Below are positions 29,371 to 39,355 of a stretch of DNA of 56,936 bases, piece after piece. The stretch's first letter is position 1. The number at the start of each line of letters is the position of its first letter. The stretch is from Bacteroidia bacterium (GTDB lineage: Bacteria > Bacteroidota > Bacteroidia > JABEUT01): NCBI GenBank assembly GCA_035485295.1, contig DATHOD010000153.1, positions 1 through 56,936 of the forward strand. Reading direction: 5' to 3'. Made by a program: the position numbers and the translations under genes. Under the pieces are notes generated by a model that saw nothing but the letters and a program-made list of their open reading frames with translations, was not told where the DNA came from and made no database searches.

Positions 29371-29851
29371 TAATTATTTGCACGACCTCTTCCGGAGTTT
29401 TATCATCTGTATCAATCATATCATGAGCATATTCCCTATATGCAGAAAGTCTTTGGGCATATAACAACATTGCTTTTTCCTCCTGCCTGAATAAAGGGCG
29501 TGTAGTTGTGTTCTTTAGCCTGTCTTTAATCTTTTCAAAACTTGCATGCAAGAAAACCACATCAGCATTTCCTTTTAAAACCTCCATGCTCTGCTTCTTA
29601 TTTATCACACCACCGCCACATGAAATAATAGTATTCCCGTCTTTTACAGCTGCTTCAATAGCTTTCTCTTCCAATTCCCTAAAATACTCTTCACCTTTCT
29701 CATCAAATATTTCATTAATGTTGGAAAAACCTGATAGACGCAATACTTCCGTATCCGTTTCAACCAAATTGGCATTCAGCTTTTTGGCCAATAGCTCAGC
29801 CACAGTGCTCTTGCCTGCTCCCATAAAACCTATCAGTGCAATGTTTTTCAT
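29339..29851 (-). CDS. aroK: shikimate kinase
   Basis: 170 aa. P-loop GFMGAGKST, plus a GGG motif. Confidence 0.9.
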   Translation of the reverse strand: MKNIALIGFMGAGKSTVAELLAKKLNANLVETDTEVLRLSGFSNINEIFDEKGEEYFRELEEKAIEAAVKDGNTIISCGGGVINKKQSMEVLKGNADVVFLHASFEKIKDRLKNTTTRPLFRQEEKAMLLYAQRLSAYREYAHDMIDTDDKTPEEVVQIIIDKFGSTYGH

Positions 29852-31143
29852 TTCATCTCAACATTTACACCAATCGACTTAAGAGCTTCCCAAAAACCGG
29901 GATATGACTTCTTAACCACTTCAGGAGATTCAATACCAATACCTTCCACCTTCATCCCGGCTATTGCAAATGCCATAGCCATACGATGATCGCTATACGT
30001 GCTTATAGTGGCAGCCTTAGGTGCGCCACCTTTTATTTTTATAAAGTCATTGCCTGCCTCGCACTCAATACCCATTTTTTCGAGTTCCATTTGCAAGGCA
30101 GTAATGCGTTTACTTTCTTTCAATTGTAATGTCTTCAATCCGGTAATAATCGTTTCGCCTTTTGCAAATGCAGCCAAAACAGCCAGTGTTTGAGCCGTAT
30201 CGGGCATAGTTTGCATATTCACTTCAATCGCCTTAAGTGTATTGGTTCCTGTAACTTCTAAGTATTCTTTATCACCTACTGTACAACCCATCTGCTTAAG
30301 TATCTTCACAAAACGCGCATCGCTTTGCAAACTGTTAGCAGAAACATTTGTTACTGCTATTTTACTCTGGGTAAGCGCCGCTATTGCCAGCATATACGAT
30401 GCAGCAGAAGCATCCCCCTCAACTTTATACTTAGTTCCTTTATATGCCTTATTACCACCTACAAAATAATGCTTGCCTGATTTTTCCACATCCATTCCAA
30501 ACTCTTTCATTACTGAAGTAGTCATGTCGATATATGGTTCTGAAACCTGCTCGCCATCTATTACTATTTCAGTATCTGTACTTAGTGCAGGAGCAATCAT
30601 AAGCAAAGCAGAAACAAACTGGCTGCTTACATTTCCGTTCACATGAACATTACCACCGTTAATAGTTCCGCCATTTATTTTAATTGGAGGGTAGCCATCA
30701 TTATCGGAATACGTAATCTCAGCACCAAGCTTTTTAAGCGCATCAACCAATTCTTTTATCGGGCGATGGTTCATTCGGTCTGAGCCCTCAATGGTTATTT
30801 CTCCGGGTACTATAGAACAGAGTGCTGTAAGAAATCGCATAACAGTTCCGGCGTCTTCCACATTCAATACCCCGTTAAACTCATCGAACTTTCCGCCATT
30901 ACCTCTCACTTGAACAACTCCATCTTGCTCTATTATTTCAACACCAAGCCTATCAAGAAGAGTAATCAATATCCTGCTATCATTTGAATCTGATGCACCC
31001 TGCAATGTGGTAATACCATCTGCAAGGGCAGCAACTATCAATGCCCTATTGGTAAAACTTTTAGAGCCGGGTACCTGTACTTTAGCCTCAATAGGCTTTA
31101 CAAGCGGATGAACTGTTGCTATGGTCTTTGTCGCTTGTGTCAT
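29848..31143 (-). CDS. aroA: 3-phosphoshikimate 1-carboxyvinyltransferase (EPSP synthase)
   Basis: 431 aa with PGSKSFTNRALI and DHRMAMAFA motifs. Confidence 0.95.
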   Translation of the reverse strand: MTQATKTIATVHPLVKPIEAKVQVPGSKSFTNRALIVAALADGITTLQGASDSNDSRILITLLDRLGVEIIEQDGVVQVRGNGGKFDEFNGVLNVEDAGTVMRFLTALCSIVPGEITIEGSDRMNHRPIKELVDALKKLGAEITYSDNDGYPPIKINGGTINGGNVHVNGNVSSQFVSALLMIAPALSTDTEIVIDGEQVSEPYIDMTTSVMKEFGMDVEKSGKHYFVGGNKAYKGTKYKVEGDASAASYMLAIAALTQSKIAVTNVSANSLQSDARFVKILKQMGCTVGDKEYLEVTGTNTLKAIEVNMQTMPDTAQTLAVLAAFAKGETIITGLKTLQLKESKRITALQMELEKMGIECEAGNDFIKIKGGAPKAATISTYSDHRMAMAFAIAGMKVEGIGIESPEVVKKSYPGFWEALKSIGVNVEMK

Positions 31144-32238
31144 TTAGGTTAGTATATAGTCTATTGCTTTATTTATCAGTTTCTCAGGTTGTTCTTCATC
31201 AATTACTGCTTTTCCAATGCCATTCAGTAACACCCATTTTATCTTTTTGCTTTCGTTCTTCTTATCTCCCAGCATTTTTTCGTACATCTTCTTTTTGAAA
31301 GAACGGCTCACCTTTGCAGGCAAATTCGCTCTTGCAATTATCTTCTCTACGTTCTTAAAATCTCCGTTGGTAATAAGCCCAGCCAATAACGATAATCTTG
31401 CTTCTGCAATCATACCAATAGAAATAGCTTCGCCATGTAGTAGCGGGTTTGCAGTATCATGGCTTATCATCTCTATAGCGTGTCCCACTGTATGCCCGAA
31501 GTTCAATACCTTTCTCAAGCCCTGTTCTTCCGCATCTTTCGAAACCACATTGCATTTTATATCACATGAACGTGCCAATATCTTAGCAAGCTTCTGCTCA
31601 TCCATATCACCGAAATCTGATGCATACAGATCGGTGTAAAGCTTTTTATCAGCAATAAGAGCATGTTTAATTACCTCAGCAAAACCGGAACGAAACTCTC
31701 GTTCAGGTAAAGTAGATAAGAACAACGTATCGCAGATAATTGCAAGCGGGTGAGTAAAAGTACCTACCATATTCTTAAAACCTCCAAAATCTATTCCTGT
31801 CTTTCCGCCAATAGCCGCATCGGTTTGTGCGAGCAGCGTTGTTGGCATATTCACAAATGAAATGCCACGCATATATGTACTGGCTACAAATCCGCCAATA
31901 TCACATACCATGCCTCCACCAATATTAACCAGTAACGATTTCCTATCGAATCCTTGCTTTACCAATGAAGTTAGAATCTTGGCAACAGTAGTAATATCTT
32001 TATGTTCTTCTCCGGCAGGTATAATTATATACACCGCATCCTTTCCAAATACTTTATGTATCGATTCTCCCCAGTGGTACGCCACATTCTTATCCATCAG
32101 CACACTCACACGTGAAAAAGACTTTAGCGGAATAAGCTTCGTTACCTCAGAATAAATATCATTGCCTACATAAATAGGTACCGACACTTTGTTCTGGGAA
32201 ACTGTAAGCCTTGTATGTTCCCTCAACTTCGTTTTCAT
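31144..32238 (-). CDS. aroB: 3-dehydroquinate synthase
   Basis: 364 aa with GGGMVCDIGGFVAS and HTVGHAIE motifs. Confidence 0.92.
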   Translation of the reverse strand: MKTKLREHTRLTVSQNKVSVPIYVGNDIYSEVTKLIPLKSFSRVSVLMDKNVAYHWGESIHKVFGKDAVYIIIPAGEEHKDITTVAKILTSLVKQGFDRKSLLVNIGGGMVCDIGGFVASTYMRGISFVNMPTTLLAQTDAAIGGKTGIDFGGFKNMVGTFTHPLAIICDTLFLSTLPEREFRSGFAEVIKHALIADKKLYTDLYASDFGDMDEQKLAKILARSCDIKCNVVSKDAEEQGLRKVLNFGHTVGHAIEMISHDTANPLLHGEAISIGMIAEARLSLLAGLITNGDFKNVEKIIARANLPAKVSRSFKKKMYEKMLGDKKNESKKIKWVLLNGIGKAVIDEEQPEKLINKAIDYILT

Positions 32239-32243
32239 GATTA

Positions 32244-33206
32244 TCAGCCCGCTTTTTTACCAGTTGAAACAGAGGCCTTTTGTTCATTGGGTGGAACAAT
32301 ATCGCGGAACTTAGATAATGCATCTATCAGTATCTTTAGCTCAGCATGGGTAATATGCTGCTCCGTATCCGTCTGTGATGTACCGGCTTCTATAAGTATC
32401 CCGTCATATAAATATTCATCTTCAGCAACCATCATCTGCATAGCTTCCAATGTGCCTTCCACAATCTTATCTTTCATCTTAGGCCCGAAAGTATGCGATG
32501 GGTCGAAATACATCTTCTTGCCGCTATCCCTTTTAACTTTTCTTGCGGAATCATGCAAAGGCAGATTTCTGTATAATCCACGTTCAGCAACATCCACTCC
32601 GCGATGTATATATATAATATCACTAATCTGTGGCACATAGGTACCGATACCTAACCAGGTTTTCTCCATGCTATTATAACCATCACTTCCATCCTTACCA
32701 ACCCATTTCGGATTCTTGATTCCGAGCTTCCATGCATTGTGCTTACTACACTCATACATTTCCATCAGGTTCCAGCCAATTTGAAGTACTGCAGGTGTCC
32801 ATAATAACAGTTCATGATCTCTTAATACTTTATCGCAAAGCGGAACCTGTATCAAGGGTGCCACAATCTCGGTTGCAACCATCATACCTGTCTTCTTAAT
32901 AAACTCATCGGTCACTTGAATACTGGGTAGCATCTTCATGTCCTTTATTCCCCCGCCACTGGCATACGTCCTCATGTTATTCACAAACACCTCACGGTCT
33001 ATACCCATTGAGCCTTCTTTCTCGGTATATGAAGTACGTGACTTAACACCAACTATACGCACACCCGTTATGGCCTTTTGCACTTCCCCAAAACGGTTCT
33101 TTACTTCCATTTCGGAGAGAGTGTAAACTTCAGGCAGGTTTTTTTCGCCTATTGAGCAGGGACCTGCTATAACCGCCACTTGTGTATTCCTTATTTTCTG
33201 TTCCAT
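32244..33206 (-). CDS. divergent DAHP synthase-like enzyme (class I-beta DAHPS/KDO8PS fold)
   Basis: 320 aa. AGPCSI, KSRTSY (compare KPRTSP), IHRG and DPSH motifs lie in DAHPS-I-beta order. It is the first gene of the aro block. Several canonical residues are substituted. Confidence 0.6.
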   Translation of the reverse strand: MEQKIRNTQVAVIAGPCSIGEKNLPEVYTLSEMEVKNRFGEVQKAITGVRIVGVKSRTSYTEKEGSMGIDREVFVNNMRTYASGGGIKDMKMLPSIQVTDEFIKKTGMMVATEIVAPLIQVPLCDKVLRDHELLLWTPAVLQIGWNLMEMYECSKHNAWKLGIKNPKWVGKDGSDGYNSMEKTWLGIGTYVPQISDIIYIHRGVDVAERGLYRNLPLHDSARKVKRDSGKKMYFDPSHTFGPKMKDKIVEGTLEAMQMMVAEDEYLYDGILIEAGTSQTDTEQHITHAELKILIDALSKFRDIVPPNEQKASVSTGKKAG

Positions 33207-33306
33207 AATTCGATATAAAAATAATAATAAATAGCCTCACTTTGCGTGATACTCTTTCTGCAGAAAAACTAATAATTTTAAAGAATAGCAGTAAGAGCCT
33301 GTTTAC
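33207..33306 (-). promoter_or_regulatory. candidate transcription attenuator (alternative helices plus U-rich tract) between leader ORF and first aro gene
   Basis: Helices were found by hand. 33312-33303 pairs with 33294-33287. 33297-33291 can instead pair with 33240-33235. A hairpin at 33253-33233 is followed by the U-rich tract 33232-33213. Confidence 0.45.
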
Positions 33307-33402
33307 TTAGCTCCACCACCAATAAGAAACGGAAATAGTGCCAGAAGCCTTATAATTAAAGCCTTCAGCACAATAATGAAATATATCCGTTTTGATTTGC
33401 AT
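33307..33402 (-). CDS. putative Trp/aromatic leader peptide (31 aa, MQIKTDIFHYCAEGFNYKASGTISVSYWWWS)
   Basis: Hand translation of the minus strand. Three consecutive TGG codons lie at 33321-33313, one codon before the stop. It sits in the only real gap of the operon block. Confidence 0.6.
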   Translation of the reverse strand: MQIKTDIFHYCAEGFNYKASGTISVSYWWWS

Positions 33403-33422
33403 GGCGCAAAGGTAAGAAATAT

Positions 33423-33797
33423 TTAAACAACCGCAGCAGGTGGTTGCTGTTTATTGATCCTTGCAAAGAAGTAAATAGGGAAAGCAATTAAGCCAATAAA
33501 TACAAAAAGTAGCACCCATATAACCCGCTCAGAACTATCAATGTTCTTATTATTAATCGCGTGTACAATATAAAACACAAGCAAACCCAATGTAACCAAA
33601 GACATAAGTATAATATAAAGAGCTAAAGGCGCAATAATATTCAAGATCTCCTCTGTTGTAGGCTTCTGCATATGCCCGCTATCTATTTGAGGAGCAAAAT
33701 GCATAATGGCCTGAAAGAAATTATAGAAAAACAATATCAATAATAGAACGGGGAGAAATGTAAAAATCCCCAATATTACTTTTGCGGCTGTATTCAT
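33423..33797 (-). CDS. small membrane protein, PLD-nuclease N-terminal (PLDc_N)-like
   Basis: 124 aa with 3 TM helices. The C-terminal helix WVLLFVFIGLIAFPIYFF resembles the PLDc_N/cardiolipin-synthase N-terminal domain. Confidence 0.5.
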   Translation of the reverse strand: MNTAAKVILGIFTFLPVLLLILFFYNFFQAIMHFAPQIDSGHMQKPTTEEILNIIAPLALYIILMSLVTLGLLVFYIVHAINNKNIDSSERVIWVLLFVFIGLIAFPIYFFARINKQQPPAAVV

Positions 33798-33801
33798 AAT
33801 G

Positions 33802-34890
33802 CTAAAGATAATTTTTTATCAGTTTCAAAGTCTCCTGTCTTTTGACTTTTCCATTGGGTGTTTCTATAAACTCTTTCAGAACCAAATAATCTTTAGGCCT
33901 TTCATACTTACTTAAAGTTTTCTCAACCTTATTCCTTACCTCATTTACTTTGTTCACAGCCATTCCCTCTATTACAAGTACTACTTTTTCACCTAGCTTA
34001 TTATCAGGTAAAGAGGCAATAAAAAACCGGTTATTGGGGATTAGTTTTGATATTTTCCCTTCTATCCTCTCAGGAAATATCTTTATCCCTCCGCTATTGA
34101 TAACATTATCGTAACGCCCTAACCAACGGAAATGATTCTTGTCAACTATCTCTATAACATCATTAGTACTTATAGAGTTGTCGTTTAATTTGAGAGCATT
34201 TACTACCATGCACCCTCTTTTATCTCTCTTGATCTTGATACCAGGGAGCAATTCAAAAACATCTGTTTTTTGCTTTCTACTCAATTTTCTTAGCGCAATA
34301 TGGCTTAATGTCTCAGTCATTGCAAAAGTTGCGTAAACTTTGTTTCTGCTTTTACTAACTGCCTTTTCAAGTGAATGAGATATTGCTGCACCGCCAACAA
34401 TAACACTAGTTATATTCTCAAATACCTTTCTGGTAGCAGTGCCTGAAAGTGAATTCTCAACCTGCAAAGGGACCATAGCTAAGAAATCTATTTTCTGTTT
34501 TAATCCTTTCAACAGATTGCCATTCGGTTCAACGACAATAAGGTTTGCCCCACTCACTAATGCACGTATAACCATCATTTTACCAGCTATGAAATCAGCA
34601 GAAAGGCAAAGCAACAGATTTGATTTTGGGGTAAGATGAAAATACTTACAAGTCATTTTTGCACTTGCAATCATCTGCTCCTTACGGACAGTGACCCGCT
34701 TAGGAACACCTGTAGATCCTGATGTTTTAAGCTTAATGGTGATTCCCAGCGCTAACCATTCCTTTATAAATGAAAATAGCGAACGCTCATATTCGCTAAG
34801 TTTATTTTGCTCCAGTTTGCTCTTAACTAAAAGTACCAACTCATCTTTCGAGTAATTCTTACCATTTAATTTTAGGCTTTGATACTGCAT
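33802..34890 (-). CDS. menE: o-succinylbenzoate-CoA ligase (short AMP-binding enzyme)
   Basis: 362 aa. AMP-binding P-loop TSGSTGVPK. Located in the men cluster. Confidence 0.8.
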   Translation of the reverse strand: MQYQSLKLNGKNYSKDELVLLVKSKLEQNKLSEYERSLFSFIKEWLALGITIKLKTSGSTGVPKRVTVRKEQMIASAKMTCKYFHLTPKSNLLLCLSADFIAGKMMVIRALVSGANLIVVEPNGNLLKGLKQKIDFLAMVPLQVENSLSGTATRKVFENITSVIVGGAAISHSLEKAVSKSRNKVYATFAMTETLSHIALRKLSRKQKTDVFELLPGIKIKRDKRGCMVVNALKLNDNSISTNDVIEIVDKNHFRWLGRYDNVINSGGIKIFPERIEGKISKLIPNNRFFIASLPDNKLGEKVVLVIEGMAVNKVNEVRNKVEKTLSKYERPKDYLVLKEFIETPNGKVKRQETLKLIKNYL

Positions 34891-34892
34891 TA

Positions 34893-35954
34893 TTATTTGC
34901 CCTTTAAAATCTCATCCACATTCCAGGAACCTTTGTACCACAGCTTTGAATCTTCAATCACCAAGGGGGAAGCAATATTGTTGGTATATAATTGTCCAGT
35001 ACCTAAGCCCTGTGGCATATCATTATTGAGCATTTGTGTCCATTGCGCAATAGCATTCAACCCAATATTCGATTCTAAGGCAGAGGTGATCCACCATTTT
35101 ATTCCAAATTCATTTGCTAAGTCTATCCATTCCTGAGTGCCGGAAAAACCACCTAACAACGATGGCTTTAGAATTAGATATTGCGGTTCAATTTCCGAAA
35201 TCAACATCTCTTTTCCAAACATTAAAAACTCATTAACTAGTTCTTCATCTAATGCAATGGGTATAGGAGATTCTCTAGATATCTCAGCCATCTTTCTTGG
35301 TGAGCCGGCCATAATAGGCTGCTCTATAGAATGTATATTGAACCTAGACAACTGTTCCAGCTTCCTCAATGCATCTTCATGTGCAAACGCACCGTTCGCA
35401 TCAAGTCGTAGTTCTATATCAGGGTAATGCTCTCTTAATTGAGTAAGCAATTCCAACTCCTCTTCAAATGCAATACCGCCTATTTTGATCTTTATGCATT
35501 TAAATCCTTCTTTAGTTTTTGCATTTAATTGCTCTTGCATAAAATCAAAGCTACCCATCCAAATTAAGCCGTTGATATAAATACCTTGCTTGCCTTCTGT
35601 AAATTCAGATGGAAACAAAATGCGGTTGCCCCCACCCTTCAAATCCTGCAGAGCAGTCTCCACACCAAAACAGATAGACGGCCATTCAACAAGACTTTCA
35701 TGAGGATTCAATATGTATTCATTGATGTTATCACAAGCATGCTTTAGCATCTTTTCATAGCCTTCATTATCATCCAGGCTTAAACCCTTTAGTGTGCTGC
35801 ATTCTCCAATTCCAATTGAAGAATTAGAATCCTGTTCCAGGATAATATAGTAGGTATCTTTTTCTGTAAGCACTCCCCTTGAAGTCCCAGATGGGCGCTT
35901 AAAGCTTAGGATATGTTTTTTATAACGAGCCTTATACATAGGAGTAAAAAACAA
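34893..35954 (-). CDS. menC: o-succinylbenzoate synthase (enolase superfamily)
   Basis: 353 aa with KIKIG, LDANGAF and DEEL metal-ligand pattern. Located in the men cluster. Confidence 0.8.
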   Translation of the reverse strand: MFFTPMYKARYKKHILSFKRPSGTSRGVLTEKDTYYIILEQDSNSSIGIGECSTLKGLSLDDNEGYEKMLKHACDNINEYILNPHESLVEWPSICFGVETALQDLKGGGNRILFPSEFTEGKQGIYINGLIWMGSFDFMQEQLNAKTKEGFKCIKIKIGGIAFEEELELLTQLREHYPDIELRLDANGAFAHEDALRKLEQLSRFNIHSIEQPIMAGSPRKMAEISRESPIPIALDEELVNEFLMFGKEMLISEIEPQYLILKPSLLGGFSGTQEWIDLANEFGIKWWITSALESNIGLNAIAQWTQMLNNDMPQGLGTGQLYTNNIASPLVIEDSKLWYKGSWNVDEILKGK

Positions 35955-36843
35955 TGCTCACAGCCACACAAATAACCATTAAGAGAGTGGTGAGCGATAG
36001 CTGTTTCAAATACTTATCCATCCCTGATGATTCTTCTTTTATAATGTTCTTAACCTGAATAAAAAGCAATGGCACCGCTATTAAAAAAGACCAATGCCAT
36101 ATTGAACTATAATGCATTAATGTAAATGTTACCATGCAAAGAACTGCAGAAACAATTAGAAGAAGGTGGTGCCTTTTAGCCTGGTCGATTCCTATACGGA
36201 CTACTAATGTTCTTTTACCTGATGCTGCATCATTTACAACATCGCGCATATTATTTATGTTGAGTACACCTGCACTTAAAAACCCTAAGGCAGCAGCAGG
36301 GAGCAATACACTGGCAGGTAATGAATGAACATGGAGATAGAATGTTCCTGCTACTCCAACTATGCCAAAAAAGAAGAAAACTGAAACATCACCCAACCCT
36401 GCGTAACCATAAGGGTTTTTACCTACCGTGTAACGTATAGCAGCTGCAATAGAAAGCAAGCCGAGAGCTAAAAATGAAATGAATACATATATGCCCAATC
36501 CTTTTGTTGCTTCATGTAATAACCAGCAGCCACAAAAAAGTGCAAGTGTTGCACAAATGATTATTGCATTGCGCATAGCAGGCATAGTAATCCGACCACT
36601 TTGCAAAGCGCGTTGTGGACCTACCCTCTCTTCATTATCGGCACCATGGATAGTATCGCCGTAATCGTTAGCCAGGTTAGAAAGTATTTGCAAGAGAATA
36701 GCTGTAGCTGAAGTAAGAATAAAAACTTTCAGATTAAATAACCGGAAGCCGGCTGCAAGAATACTTCCCATTCCCGTGCATGCCAAAGCCAAAGGAAGTG
36801 TGCGCAGGCGGAAAGATTCTATCCAGGCTTTAATACTGCTCAT
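35932..36843 (-). CDS. menA: 1,4-dihydroxy-2-naphthoate polyprenyltransferase
   Basis: 303 aa UbiA-family membrane protein with the NLANDYGD motif. Confidence 0.88.
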   Translation of the reverse strand: MSSIKAWIESFRLRTLPLALACTGMGSILAAGFRLFNLKVFILTSATAILLQILSNLANDYGDTIHGADNEERVGPQRALQSGRITMPAMRNAIIICATLALFCGCWLLHEATKGLGIYVFISFLALGLLSIAAAIRYTVGKNPYGYAGLGDVSVFFFFGIVGVAGTFYLHVHSLPASVLLPAAALGFLSAGVLNINNMRDVVNDAASGKRTLVVRIGIDQAKRHHLLLIVSAVLCMVTFTLMHYSSIWHWSFLIAVPLLFIQVKNIIKEESSGMDKYLKQLSLTTLLMVICVAVSIVFYSYV

Positions 36844-37664
36844 TACGGAAATTTAGGATACTTACTAAAGTCTGGTTTTCTCTTTTCCATAAATGCATTC
36901 TTGCCCTCCTTAGCTTCATCCGATAGATAATATAGTAGTGTTGCATTTCCTGCAAGTTCTTGTATTCCTGCTTGTCCGTCCAATTCTGCATTGAATGAAG
37001 TCTTGAGCATACGCAATGCCAATGGACTCTTTTCCAATATTTTATTGCACCATTCTATAGTAGTGTCTTCTAATTTCTTGAGAGGGACGACTTTATTCAC
37101 AAGTCCCATTTCAAGAGCTTCTTTTGCGTTATACTGGTCGCACAAGTACCAAATTTCGCGTGCCTTCTTTTGCCCAACAATACGTGCAAGGTATGATGCT
37201 CCGAAACCACCATCAAAACTTCCAACCTTAGGGCCTGTTTGTCCGAAGCGGGCATTATCAGCGGCAATGGTAAGGTCACATACTACATGCAATACATGTC
37301 CACCACCAATAGCCCAACCCGCTACCATAGCAATAACAGGCTTAGGAATGGAACGGATAAGTTTTTGCAAATCGAGTACGTTTAGGCGAGGGATAGTATC
37401 TTTTCCAACATATCCACCATGCCCCCTTACACTCTGGTCACCACCGGAACAAAATGCTTTGCCACCTTCACCGGTAAGAATAATAACACCAATGTCCGTT
37501 CTTTCGCGGCATATTTCCATTGCATTTATCATCTCCTGCACTGTAAGCGGAGTGAATGCATTATGCACATTTGGGCGGTTAATGCTTATTTTGGCAATAC
37601 CTTTATGAAATGTAAAAAGTATCTCTTTGTACTTTTTAATTTCCTCCCATTTCCTGTTTTTCAT
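36843..37664 (-). CDS. menB: 1,4-dihydroxy-2-naphthoyl-CoA synthase
   Basis: 273 aa crotonase fold with [11 protein letters not shown] and GGGHVLH motifs. Confidence 0.93.
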   Translation of the reverse strand: MKNRKWEEIKKYKEILFTFHKGIAKISINRPNVHNAFTPLTVQEMINAMEICRERTDIGVIILTGEGGKAFCSGGDQSVRGHGGYVGKDTIPRLNVLDLQKLIRSIPKPVIAMVAGWAIGGGHVLHVVCDLTIAADNARFGQTGPKVGSFDGGFGASYLARIVGQKKAREIWYLCDQYNAKEALEMGLVNKVVPLKKLEDTTIEWCNKILEKSPLALRMLKTSFNAELDGQAGIQELAGNATLLYYLSDEAKEGKNAFMEKRKPDFSKYPKFP

Positions 37665-39355
37665 GCTTTCGTTTTAAGGGATTTAAAATATCCTAATAAT
37701 ACTTCTGAGTTAGTTTTGTGCGGGGTAAATATCTCTAAAATAGCCGGCCGGCCCCTTTGTGACTTATAGAATTGAGAAAGAGTTTTCTCTAATTCCTTTT
37801 CGTTACTTGCTGAATCATATGGAACATTATATGCTTTAGCAAAAGGCTCTACCTTCATATCATGCACTGCTTCAAAATACTCTTCCAATAATGGAGTGTC
37901 CTTAGAATCAATAATTCTGAATATGCCACCACCTGCATTATTAATTACAATTATTCTAAGGTTTTCAGGCAAGTGTTTATTCCATAATCCATTTGAATCG
38001 TAGAAGAAAGCAAGATCGCCGGTAATAAGCGTTGTCATCCTTTTTGAGCCGTGCGCTGCACCTGCTGCTGTACTTACTGAACCATCTATACCACTCACTC
38101 CGCGATTACTGTAGTAGCTGTTATCGTTTACGCTTATGTCGAACAGGTTTGCGTAGCGTATAGGAGTACTGTTTCCTAGTTGTACATCTGATTTTTTTGG
38201 AAGATGTTTTAGAATAGATTGAAATACTTTTAAGTCAGAGAAAGGAATTTGCTTGCAATAAGCATCCATCTGTTTTAATGCCTTAGCATGAAGCTTTCTT
38301 GTGTTATCTGCGTAAACTGATTTCTTACCACTCTTACTATTTACCAATGAAGCAAAGAATTCCTTTTCATCAACCGGAAGCAATTTGGTAAGTGACTTAT
38401 AGGTATCTATATGTGATGAAGATGCAGATATGTGCCAATGCTGTTCAGGTTTGAATTTTCGTAAATAGGCTTTGAATCTTTTAGTCGTTACCGGGCCACC
38501 GAGAGTAATGAGTATTTCAGGCTTAAATTCTTGTTTCTCTTTTTCAGTCAGTGTTTCAAAATAACCGTCAATCGAACAAATGAATTTTTCATCGAACATA
38601 TTAGAAGTGGTTTCTGTCATTACCACAACAGAGCCATCATTTGCTAATTTGCTTAACAGTGTATTAAGTTTTGCATCGGGCTTATGCAGTCCGCAAATGA
38701 CCATCTTCTTTCCTGCTTTCTGCCAATCAGTTAAAATCGCTTTTTCACTTTCATCACTTAGTTTCTTTGAAACTGAAGCGATATCTATACTCTTAAGGTT
38801 CTTATTTACGTTATCAGATTCTCCATATAAGGGCTCACGCAATGGAATATTAATATGTACCGGACCCTCATTCCCTTTTTCCTTTGCAATATTAAATGCT
38901 TCTGATACAGCCCGTTCTGTGTACCACATTTCATCCTCATGCGTTGCATCCGCAGGCAAAGTGAACGATGCCTTTATATAAGGAGAGAAAATTCCATGTT
39001 GTTTTATAGTCTGCCCGTCATCCTGGTCAATCCACTCTGTTGGGCGGTCAGCAGTAAGGATTACAAGCGGTATCTTTTGGTAATACGCTTCTACTATGGC
39101 GGGTGCATAATTCAACACTGCTGAACCCGATGTACAAACCAATCCGACCGGCGAGCCCGTTTGCTGAGCAATACCCAATGCAAAGAAACCTGCACTGCGT
39201 TCATCTATTATAGAAAGACATTCTATCTTCTTTTGTGCATGCAGCGATATTACAATCGGTGCATTACGCGAACCTGATGAAATAATAGCATGGCGCATTC
39301 CTTTCTTAGAGGCCAGTTCCACAATTGCATTTACTATCGGCTTATTGCTACTCAT
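37661..39355 (-). CDS. menD: SEPHCHC synthase (2-succinyl-5-enolpyruvyl-6-hydroxy-3-cyclohexene-1-carboxylate synthase)
   Basis: 564 aa ThDP enzyme with the [13 protein letters not shown] motif. Confidence 0.9.
   Translation of the reverse strand: MSSNKPIVNAIVELASKKGMRHAIISSGSRNAPIVISLHAQKKIECLSIIDERSAGFFALGIAQQTGSPVGLVCTSGSAVLNYAPAIVEAYYQKIPLVILTADRPTEWIDQDDGQTIKQHGIFSPYIKASFTLPADATHEDEMWYTERAVSEAFNIAKEKGNEGPVHINIPLREPLYGESDNVNKNLKSIDIASVSKKLSDESEKAILTDWQKAGKKMVICGLHKPDAKLNTLLSKLANDGSVVVMTETTSNMFDEKFICSIDGYFETLTEKEKQEFKPEILITLGGPVTTKRFKAYLRKFKPEQHWHISASSSHIDTYKSLTKLLPVDEKEFFASLVNSKSGKKSVYADNTRKLHAKALKQMDAYCKQIPFSDLKVFQSILKHLPKKSDVQLGNSTPIRYANLFDISVNDNSYYSNRGVSGIDGSVSTAAGAAHGSKRMTTLITGDLAFFYDSNGLWNKHLPENLRIIVINNAGGGIFRIIDSKDTPLLEEYFEAVHDMKVEPFAKAYNVPYDSASNEKELEKTLSQFYKSQRGRPAILEIFTPHKTNSEVLLGYFKSLKTKA

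Noticed and set aside
36991-37608. Long antisense ORFs opposite real genes. These are 36991-37608, 27021-27524, 42102-42569, 43463-43879, 23576-24007, 16698-17111, 31217-31639 and 32215-32640.
   Set aside because: They are shadow ORFs on the strand opposite well-supported enzymes. Their compositions are Ser/Pro/Leu-rich and low-complexity, with no motifs and no independent start context.
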